From positions 152,423-216,422 of IMG/VR virus record IMGVR_UViG_3300009104_001210: a DNA stretch of 64,000 bases, one strand, 5' to 3'. The position numbers and the translations under genes are program-made. A model generated the notes under the pieces. The model ran no database searches. It was not told the origin of the DNA and was given only the letters and a program-made list of their open reading frames with translations. Below are positions 28,182-35,741 of this stretch, piece by piece (the first letter of the stretch is position 1; each line of letters starts with the position of its first letter).

Positions 28182-28472
28182 ATGATATTAGAATTATTAT
28201 TTAGCTTTGTACTCTTTATTACTGGTGGACATTTAATAGATACTAAATTTAAAGTACATCATTATAGTGATGAGGATTATAAGGAAATTTTCTTTCTACA
28301 AGCTAAAAAGGAAATTTCTAAGGAATGTATAAAACACTCTGTAGTGGAAACTATTACTTATAAAAATAGTTATCGTGAAGGTAAGCAACAGAGGGATTAT
28401 ACAATATCTAATCCATATCCAATACAAGATACACCACAACAAGATACTTTTAATAGTCAAAGGAGAAATTAG
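28182..28472 (+). CDS. hypothetical membrane-anchored protein
   Basis: Hydrophobic N-terminus. Confidence 0.5.
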   Translation: MILELLFSFVLFITGGHLIDTKFKVHHYSDEDYKEIFFLQAKKEISKECIKHSVVETITYKNSYREGKQQRDYTISNPYPIQDTPQQDTFNSQRRN

Positions 28473-28474
28473 TT

Positions 28475-28726
28475 ATGAGTAGTTTAGCAAAAATAATTGG
28501 AGCTATTTTAGCTGCATTAGGGTTAAGTTCTTTAGTATCAGGAAAGAAAAAAGCTGCAGTTAAGAAGATAGATGCCAAGAAAAAAGTTGTAAAGAAAAAA
28601 GTTAAAAAAATTGATAAGGAACTAAAACAGGTTAAGAAAGCACAAACAAAAGCTAAAAAACCTACTAAGAGAAAAAAAGTAAAAGACTCTGATAAGTTTC
28701 TGAAAGATTTTGCAAAGAAAAAATGA
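28475..28726 (+). CDS. membrane-anchored Lys-rich protein
   Basis: N-terminal transmembrane segment then a poly-Lys region. Confidence 0.55.
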   Translation: MSSLAKIIGAILAALGLSSLVSGKKKAAVKKIDAKKKVVKKKVKKIDKELKQVKKAQTKAKKPTKRKKVKDSDKFLKDFAKKK

Positions 28727-29091
28727 AGAAAACAAAAATGATTAGTTGGGTTGTTGGTTTCATGTTATTTTGTGGATGGGCCGATTTAGTATGGGGTCAA
28801 ACAACTTTAACTAAAGAACAAGCAGACAATCTTGCAAATAATATACAAGAGTTACAAATCAAAGCGGATTCTCTATCTACTTCAGATAGCTTAAAGACTA
28901 TTGAAATAGATTTACTTAATGAGAAAATTGATTCGTTAGAAGAAGATTTAACTCTTACAGAAAAGAAAGCTAAGTTAGTTAAGCCAAGTTGGTATGAGAA
29001 TAAGTGGTTATATTTCGGATATGGTTCAGTACTAACATATGCAGTACTTACACTTGTTGAACAAGCTGGTCACGCTATAAATATTTTTTAA
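28723..29091 (+). CDS. secreted coiled-coil protein with C-terminal TM
   Basis: Signal peptide, heptad region, hydrophobic C-terminus. Confidence 0.55.
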   Translation: MKKTKMISWVVGFMLFCGWADLVWGQTTLTKEQADNLANNIQELQIKADSLSTSDSLKTIEIDLLNEKIDSLEEDLTLTEKKAKLVKPSWYENKWLYFGYGSVLTYAVLTLVEQAGHAINIF

Positions 29092-29361
29092 ATATTTCTT
29101 TCCCTTTAATATAATATTTTTCATATACACTTAAAATCTTTTCAGGAAGATTGTGTTTTAAGCAAGCATATAAAGTTAAAACAACAATTAACTTTTTTAT
29201 ATGAGGATTTGGTGGCAAAGACATTTCTACTGCCATAATTATACAGATTAGGATCATCAATGTCCAACGTATTTGCTCTTTTAGTATGTGAAAATTCAAT
29301 TTTTTTCCTTTTTTTTTAAATAAAATGTATTTTAGACTTTTATGTTTATATATATACATAT

Positions 29362-29786
29362 AAAGTTTTTTGAAAATTTGAAATGGGAACGCATCAGCAG
29401 GCATGTTGATGTGGGGTTGACTGAATAACAGGTTGTGTTAAAGGCTTGTAATGTATCCTAATCCCTCTTGTGGTAGAGGAGTATTCACCTAAATGTTGGT
29501 AATACTGAAAGACATTTCGTGCGGGAGTTTGAGTCAATATAATTAGAAAAAGAAGCCTACTTTTTCACTTCATTGGGAGTACCCGAAAGGAAATCTCCCT
29601 GTAAACTGACCGAATAAACTTTTCTTTGAGAGTTAAGGTAGTTGTTTAGAAGTTGTATTCGCCTCAACGGTGTTAATAGCATTGAGAGAGAATCGAAGTA
29701 ACTTTCGGAAATAACGTGTGAAGCTATAAAATCAGAGTGATTCAATGCGAAATGGCATTTTCGCACCCCCAAAATTTCAAAACTTT
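29362..29786 (+). ncRNA. large ornate structured ncRNA, ROOL-like
   Basis: Closing stem 29362-29380/29770-29786; hairpins CATCAGCA/TGTTGATG, CCTCT/AGAGG, GGGAG..CCGAAAGG..CTCCC, CTCAA/TTGAG, TGCGAAA/TTTCGCA; segments TGAATAA, TTGTAATGTATCCTAATCC and AACTGACCGAATAA resemble ROOL as recalled. Confidence 0.6.
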
Positions 29787-29965
29787 TTTACGAGGAAGCC
29801 TCTTTATTCTCACTTTTATTATTTTAAATTATACTATCGAATATATGCTTCCTCAAACTTTTAATATGAGGCTCGAAAATTTTTAGTTTCCACTTGAAAT
29901 AAACAACTTAAAAATGAGGGCCTCATATTTTTTAAAAAAAAATGTATTTTTATGAAAAAACATTA

Positions 29966-29973
29966 TATTTATA
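29966..29973 (+). promoter_or_regulatory. candidate late-promoter core TATTTATA (also at 17220, 21568, 30741, 48449, 63237)
   Basis: Recurs in intergenic gaps just upstream of RBS-bearing genes. Confidence 0.5.
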
Positions 29974-29985
29974 AGTAATAAAGGT

Positions 29986-30012
29986 TTGATATCGCTCAAT
30001 TGAGGATATCAA
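29986..30012. promoter_or_regulatory. palindromic operator/hairpin upstream of hsp20
   Basis: TTGATATC-G-CTCAATTGAG-GATATCAA. Confidence 0.5.
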
Positions 30013-30048
30013 TGTTTGACTAAATAGTAAACAAAACAGGAGAAAACA

Positions 30049-30525
30049 ATGACTAAAATCGCATTTCGTACAAACATCCCTTACTTCGATAGGGATTCTT
30101 TTTTGACCCCGTTTGATAAAATATTCGATCAAATGGTTGAAACTCATTATCCAGAAATAACAAAATCCGTTGGTGTAAAACCATATGGTAATACTGCATA
30201 TCCAAAAGTTAACGTATATGAATACGACGACAAAGTGGGTATTGTAGCAGAGATTCCTGGATTAAACAAGAAACAACTCAAAGTAGATGTTGAAGATGGA
30301 ACTCTTACAATATCTGGAGATAAACACGGTTCTTTAATGAAAGATCAAGGTGCTAGAGTTATCCGTAAGGAATTAAAGCAATCTTCATTTAAAAGACAAT
30401 TTGAATTGGGTGAGTTGTTAGATGGTGAGAACATTTCAGCCAATTTTAAGGATGGAATTTTATCTGTCTCAATTCCTAAGATGGAGCAGGAACAACCGAA
30501 GAAGACTACTGTAAAAATATCCTAA
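30049..30525 (+). CDS. Hsp20/alpha-crystallin small heat-shock protein
   Basis: YPKVNVYE, AEIPG, LTISG, SSFKRQF, ANFKDGILSVSIPK. Confidence 0.95.
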   Translation: MTKIAFRTNIPYFDRDSFLTPFDKIFDQMVETHYPEITKSVGVKPYGNTAYPKVNVYEYDDKVGIVAEIPGLNKKQLKVDVEDGTLTISGDKHGSLMKDQGARVIRKELKQSSFKRQFELGELLDGENISANFKDGILSVSIPKMEQEQPKKTTVKIS

Positions 30526-30726
30526 ATGAAGGAAATGATACGCATCGGAGATGATGTGTATGTTCTACTTGGAACTGTATCGGTAAGTTCTGGTTACACA
30601 ATTGATGAACTAAAAAATATGTATTCACTTGCGGATACAGTTCTGAGAAAGAATGATTTGTGGTATATTACCCATAAAACCATAGTTGCTGAATTTGAAG
30701 ATATTATAGATAAAAAAGACAGTTAA
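30526..30726 (+). CDS. hypothetical protein
   Basis: ORF track; abuts hsp20. Confidence 0.55.
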   Translation: MKEMIRIGDDVYVLLGTVSVSSGYTIDELKNMYSLADTVLRKNDLWYITHKTIVAEFEDIIDKKDS

Positions 30727-30783
30727 GTAAATATATATTCTATTTATAATTGTATTAATAAACAGATATTAAAGGAGAATTTT

Positions 30784-30969
30784 GTGGATGATTTTTTTGA
30801 TAAATTATTTCAAAAAATAGCAGAATTTCATGAAAGAGAAATTCATATGAGTCAATCTTTAGCAGAGAATGATGAAGACATACCAATGTATGTTTTAGAG
30901 AAGGCAAGACAAGATTTTCATCTTAAAGAATATTTGTGGTTTAATAGAGATAAGATACCTAGTGCATAA
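30784..30969 (+). CDS. hypothetical protein
   Basis: AAGGAG RBS after TATTTATA. Confidence 0.5.
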   Translation: MDDFFDKLFQKIAEFHEREIHMSQSLAENDEDIPMYVLEKARQDFHLKEYLWFNRDKIPSA

Positions 30970-31181
30970 TAACATTAAGGAGTTACATGAAATATCAACG
31001 TACTGTAGAAGAAAGACTTGATCAATTATTACAAGTTATTGAAAGACTCATTGAAAGAGTAACAGATAATACTATTGATAGAGATGATCTTTCTAATCAA
31101 TTAAGTAATTTACATGAAAGATTAGAACAAGTACATGGGTTAGTAGAATTGGAAGATGAAGATTAGAGAACTAAATATTAT

Positions 31182-32015
31182 ATGCTTGAACGATTTAAAA
31201 ACTTTAAATTATTAATCGGTATATCTGCTTTAACAGTAGCAGGGTCAGCAGCGTTCTTTTCAGTATTTGGTTTATCAAAGTTATTTTCAGGAGCACAAAC
31301 TTCAGTAATTATAATGGCAGGTTCATTAGAGTTTACTAAACTTGTAGCCGCTTCATTTTTATATCAGTATTGGTATAGAGCCAGTAAGATATTAAAAACT
31401 TATTTGGGTATTGGTGTGGTTACTTTAGTGTTAATAACTTCAGCAGGTATATTCGGATATCTATCAAATGCCTATCAAGGCGCAACAATTAATTTCGAAA
31501 AACAATCCACAACTTTATTATATAAAGAAGATAGATTAGAACAATTAGAAGATGATAAAACTTATCTAAAAGAAGAGTTAGAACAATCTATTGCTTCTTT
31601 ACCAGAAAATTATATTACAGCAAAAAGAAAACTTCGTGAAGATTATAATCCAAAAGTATTAGCAGTCAATGATGAGATATTAAAAATTAAACAAGAGATT
31701 GGTGATTTAAAAGTTGAATTAATAGAAACTGGGGTGGATGTGGGTCCCGCAATTTATTTGGCAAGAGTATTTGGAACTGATGTAGATACAGTTGTAAAGT
31801 TCTTTATATTCATTTTAATTTTTGTATTCGATCCAATGGCATTAGCTATGGTATTAGCATGGAATACTGCACTTGGTAGAAGAAGTTTTGAAGTATATGA
31901 AGAGGGTGATAAAAAGGAAAAAGAAAAGGGTGATAAAAATAAAAAAGAAAGAAAAGTCCTAACAGGCCCCGAATTTGATGATAGACCACGAAAGGGAAGT
32001 GTAAAAATTGTATAA
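31182..32015 (+). CDS. multi-pass membrane protein with periplasmic coiled coil
   Basis: Four N-terminal TM segments, a coiled coil, and C-terminal FVFDPMA TM. Confidence 0.65.
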   Translation: MLERFKNFKLLIGISALTVAGSAAFFSVFGLSKLFSGAQTSVIIMAGSLEFTKLVAASFLYQYWYRASKILKTYLGIGVVTLVLITSAGIFGYLSNAYQGATINFEKQSTTLLYKEDRLEQLEDDKTYLKEELEQSIASLPENYITAKRKLREDYNPKVLAVNDEILKIKQEIGDLKVELIETGVDVGPAIYLARVFGTDVDTVVKFFIFILIFVFDPMALAMVLAWNTALGRRSFEVYEEGDKKEKEKGDKNKKERKVLTGPEFDDRPRKGSVKIV

Positions 32016-32051
32016 TAAAAATTTCACATACCGCGGGGGTGATAACCGAAA

Positions 32052-32085
32052 ACAGGCAGTTGACGCACCTGTAGAAAAATGCGTC
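32052..32085 (+). promoter_or_regulatory. H-type pseudoknot in the 5' leader of the TonB-dependent receptor
   Basis: S1 ACAGG/CCTGT; S2 GACGCA/TGCGTC; A-rich loop 3; about 20 nt before the GAGGAG RBS. Confidence 0.55.
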
Positions 32086-32115
32086 TTACACTAAAAAAAA
32101 ACGAGGAGACGTTTC

Positions 32116-34908
32116 ATGAAAAACAAACGTAATCTAATCTCATTGGTAATAACATTTCTAATGCCTATGTTCATTTATGGACAAAGTGTTAGTGGTACGG
32201 TTGCTGATGAGGCAGGGAATCCTTTGGCTGGAGCTAATGTAGTTGTACAAGGAACTGATTTGGGTGCCGCTTCTTTGGAAGATGGTACTTATTCGATTAA
32301 AATCGGAGAAGGTTCACATACACTAATAGCTTCTGTTATCGGGTATGAATCATCTTCACAAACAGTAGATGTTAGTGGAGATATTAGTCTCGACTTTAGC
32401 TTAGCGGTTTCCGCAGTCGAGATGTCAGCATTGGAAGTTTTGGCTTCCCGTGCAGGCGAAAAAACACCTGTTGCTTATACTACGGTAGAAAAAGCAGATA
32501 TGGAATTCCGTCTTGGTAGTCAAGACCTTCCAATGGCGCTTAATCTAACACCATCAGTATATGCTACGCAACAAGGTGGTGGTGCGGGTGATGCTCGTAT
32601 CAATGTTCGAGGTTTTAATCAACGGAATGTAGCAGTAATGATTAATGGAGTACCACAAAATGATATGGAAAACGGTTGGGTTTATTGGTCCAATTGGGAT
32701 GGTGTAGCAGATGCTGCACATTCTATCCAGATGCAACGTGGTTTAAGTGCTGTTAATTTAGCTACACCTTCCATTGGTGGAACTATGAACATAATTACAG
32801 ACCCTACCTCTCACATAAAGGGTGGTAAGGTAAAACAAGAAGTTGGTGCTGGTGATTTTCTTAAAACTACAGTAAACTATAATACTGGCTTGATAGGTGA
32901 TAAATTTGCCTTGAGTGGTACAGTAGTACGTAAAACTGGTGGTGGAATCATTGACAAAACGTGGACAGATGCTTGGGCATATTACTTTGGTGCAAGTTAC
33001 GCACTAAATGCTGATAACCGATTTGAATTATACGCAATCGGTGCGCCACAGCGACACGCACACAATCTATATAAACAGAATATTGGTGCATATGATGCTG
33101 ATTTTGCTGCAAGTATAGATGGATATGATACTGAAGCACTTGGTGAAGATGGTAAGTTCAAGGATGTTGGACGTACATTTAATCAAAATTGGTCTCCAGT
33201 AGACCCATCATATACAGGTAAACAATACTATTATATGTATGGTGCTAAAACAGTAGCAAGACACGATCCCAACTTTATTAACGAAAGAGAAAATTTCTTT
33301 CACAAGCCTTTAGTAAACCTAAATCATTTTCTAACTATTAATGACAAAACAATGTTAAGTTCAGTATTGTATTGGAGTGGTGGTTCAGGTGGTGGTACAG
33401 GTACTTATGGTAGGATTCCTACTATGGATGCTGATGGTAATCTTGGTGATGATGACTATAAATTTTATTATGGTCGTTCTCCCTGGACACGTGATTGGAA
33501 TGCTCTTATCGCTATGAATAGTGGTGATTCTGATACAGTTTATGTAGACAAAAGAGTAATCACACGCACACATGGTATTGATAATAATCAATCTGTAGGT
33601 ATTTTGAGAAATAGCATTAATCGTCAGAATACATATGGCCTTATTTCTAAACTTAATTATGATGTAAGTGATGAACTTCAATTACAATTAGGTATAGATT
33701 GGAGAACTGCTGGTATAGAACACGCACGTGAAGTACGTGATCTAATGGGTGGTGATTATTATGTGGATTATGCTGATGATAATGTACCTGATGGTAAAAG
33801 AGTTGGATTAGGTGATATAATCGCTTATCATAACTCAACCACAGTTGATTGGTTAGGTGGATTCTTACAAGGAGCTTATGCTTCAGGTCCACTTTCAGCC
33901 TATGGTATGGTAGGATTATCACAGATTGGATATTCATATCAAGACCATTTTACTGTAGCCGATGAGAAGATTGTAGCAGATCCTATTTCCACTTTACAAT
34001 GGAAAGGTGGGGCAATGTATGATGTTACTGATAACGTTTCAGTTTTTGGTAATTTTGGTATTGTTGAAAAGCCACCAATTATGGATAATGTAATCTATTA
34101 TGATGGTACGGTTGCTTCAGATCCTGCAAATGAAAGATTTGTAAGTTCAGAAGCTGGTGCTCACTACGCGACGGATAAAGTAGCAGTTAAAGTGTCTGCA
34201 TATAATACAGATTGGAAAGACAGAAACCTTACCAAATCTGTAACAAGCGGACAAGGTTCAAGCGGTGATACTGATGTGATTTTCCTTTCGGGGATAAATC
34301 AGAATCATAAAGGTGTTGAAGTTGAAGCTTCTACACAAGTACTTGATGTACTTAACTTACAAGCTATAGTAAGTCTTGGTACTTGGAAGTTTGTAGGTGA
34401 TGCAGCAGGTAACTATCAAGAAGATGAGTTTAACGAAGAAGGTCAAGTTATCGGACAGACAACTACACCTTATTCTTACGCACTTGATGGTTTGTTTGTT
34501 GGTGATATGCCTCAAACATCTTACGCACTTGTTGGAACGCTTACACCAATTAAAGGTCTAAAAATGCAAGCAGTATACAAACAGTATGATAATAATTATG
34601 CTGATTGGAGTCCTGACGCTCGTGAGTATGATGGCTCAGATGCTGGTGCAGATAGAGAACAAGTATGGATGGCACCTGGATATTCCAGAGTTGACTTACA
34701 TGCTTCATATGCTCTACCTTCAATTGGTGGTATGGATTTTACCGCATTTGCTCATGTATTTAATGCAACAGATGCAACATACATTCAAGATGCAGTAGAT
34801 CATAGTCAGTATAATAGCTACGGAGATAAAACTCACGCAGCACACAACGCTGAAGTTTTTCTTGGAACACCAAGATACTTTAACGCAGGAATTTCTGTAA
34901 ATTTCTAA
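32116..34908 (+). CDS. TonB-dependent outer-membrane receptor
   Basis: Signal peptide; CarboxypepD_reg-like N-domain; plug (INVRGF...VMINGVPQND; IQMQRG); beta-barrel ending in Phe (GISVNF). Confidence 0.92.
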   Translation: MKNKRNLISLVITFLMPMFIYGQSVSGTVADEAGNPLAGANVVVQGTDLGAASLEDGTYSIKIGEGSHTLIASVIGYESSSQTVDVSGDISLDFSLAVSAVEMSALEVLASRAGEKTPVAYTTVEKADMEFRLGSQDLPMALNLTPSVYATQQGGGAGDARINVRGFNQRNVAVMINGVPQNDMENGWVYWSNWDGVADAAHSIQMQRGLSAVNLATPSIGGTMNIITDPTSHIKGGKVKQEVGAGDFLKTTVNYNTGLIGDKFALSGTVVRKTGGGIIDKTWTDAWAYYFGASYALNADNRFELYAIGAPQRHAHNLYKQNIGAYDADFAASIDGYDTEALGEDGKFKDVGRTFNQNWSPVDPSYTGKQYYYMYGAKTVARHDPNFINERENFFHKPLVNLNHFLTINDKTMLSSVLYWSGGSGGGTGTYGRIPTMDADGNLGDDDYKFYYGRSPWTRDWNALIAMNSGDSDTVYVDKRVITRTHGIDNNQSVGILRNSINRQNTYGLISKLNYDVSDELQLQLGIDWRTAGIEHAREVRDLMGGDYYVDYADDNVPDGKRVGLGDIIAYHNSTTVDWLGGFLQGAYASGPLSAYGMVGLSQIGYSYQDHFTVADEKIVADPISTLQWKGGAMYDVTDNVSVFGNFGIVEKPPIMDNVIYYDGTVASDPANERFVSSEAGAHYATDKVAVKVSAYNTDWKDRNLTKSVTSGQGSSGDTDVIFLSGINQNHKGVEVEASTQVLDVLNLQAIVSLGTWKFVGDAAGNYQEDEFNEEGQVIGQTTTPYSYALDGLFVGDMPQTSYALVGTLTPIKGLKMQAVYKQYDNNYADWSPDAREYDGSDAGADREQVWMAPGYSRVDLHASYALPSIGGMDFTAFAHVFNATDATYIQDAVDHSQYNSYGDKTHAAHNAEVFLGTPRYFNAGISVNF

Positions 34909-34923
34909 AATAGTATAATATGT

Positions 34924-34946
34924 GGGGGCTGGGGAAACTGGCCCCC
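34924..34946 (+). terminator. GC-rich hairpin after the TBDR
   Basis: GGGGGC...GCCCCC; weak U-tract. Confidence 0.5.
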
Positions 34947-34955
34947 CTATTTACT

Positions 34956-35141
34956 ATGTTAAAACAGAAAGATATACCAAATAAAGATTTTGATTGTAAT
35001 CCAAAAGGTGATTGTTGGTGTAGAAAAAAACCATTTCCACAATTACCATATTCAGGATCTATTACTTTTATAGGTGATGCACCCGACATATGTTATTCAC
35101 CAAAAGAGCTAGAATTAATCATTAAAGAGCAAAAAAAATAA
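34956..35141 (+). CDS. Cys-rich CWC-type small protein
   Basis: DCNPKGDCWC...C; start ATG 34956. Confidence 0.5.
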   Translation: MLKQKDIPNKDFDCNPKGDCWCRKKPFPQLPYSGSITFIGDAPDICYSPKELELIIKEQKK

Positions 35142-35142
35142 T

Positions 35143-35187
35143 TAAAAAAAGGCTTGACTCGTATTGCATTTTATCCTTATGATCAGG
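35143..35187 (+). promoter_or_regulatory. early sigma70-like promoter, copy 3
   Basis: TTGACT(35154)-N18-TATGAT-CAGG. Confidence 0.75.
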
Positions 35188-35201
35188 ATGAAAGGGAAAT
35201 T

Positions 35202-35561
35202 ATGAGAATATACGACAAATATGATGCAGTGAAAAAAGCGGCATCTTCTTTACGATCAGAAATGAATCGTATTCTAAAACCCAAAGGGTTTAAATTAAAC
35301 ATAAAAACAAATGCAAATTATTACTATAAATATGAGTTAATTGCTACGATTTGTTCACCAAATTGGTTCGATGATTATACTGATCCTAATGACCGATGGT
35401 CAGTAACGCCTAAATTAGAAAGCCTCAGGGATTCCATTACAAAGCGTTTTATACACATATTACACGATATAGTTAAGGATATGGATGAAATTACAGATTG
35501 GGTTGAAGAAGATGATGTTAGTGCTGATATTAGGTTTAGTTACAACGTAGGTAGTTGGTAA
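35202..35561 (+). CDS. hypothetical early protein
   Basis: The track's TTG start at 35154 is the -35 box; real start is ATG 35202. Confidence 0.55.
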   Translation: MRIYDKYDAVKKAASSLRSEMNRILKPKGFKLNIKTNANYYYKYELIATICSPNWFDDYTDPNDRWSVTPKLESLRDSITKRFIHILHDIVKDMDEITDWVEEDDVSADIRFSYNVGSW

Positions 35562-35690
35562 TGGCTGATTTAAGATTACTCAGAGATAATTTTATGGAGT
35601 TTTTTATAGGTATTATGAGTGTTTGTTTATTGAGTAGTTTAATACCATTAGTATTCTATATAATGAGACTTATTAAGTGAAAAAAATAAT

Positions 35691-35735
35691 TAAAAAAAGG
35701 CTTGACTTGTATGGTCCTTTATCCTTATATTTAGG
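35691..35735 (+). promoter_or_regulatory. early sigma70-like promoter, copy 4
   Basis: TTGACT(35702)-N18-TATATT-TAGG. Confidence 0.75.
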
Positions 35736-35741
35736 TACAAA

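Noticed and set aside
29075-29404. Minus-strand 109-aa ORF
   Set aside because: Low-complexity AT-rich intergenic sequence with no convincing RBS; weak possibility only.
29557-29772. Minus-strand 71-aa ORF
   Set aside because: It lies inside the structured ncRNA, with no RBS or recognisable motif.
29986-30012. HrcA CIRCE operator
   Set aside because: It does not match TTAGCACTC-N9-GAGTGCTAA.
32030-32110. Cobalamin riboswitch before the TBDR
   Set aside because: No B12-box or GGGAA/ACTG core is visible and the leader is too short.
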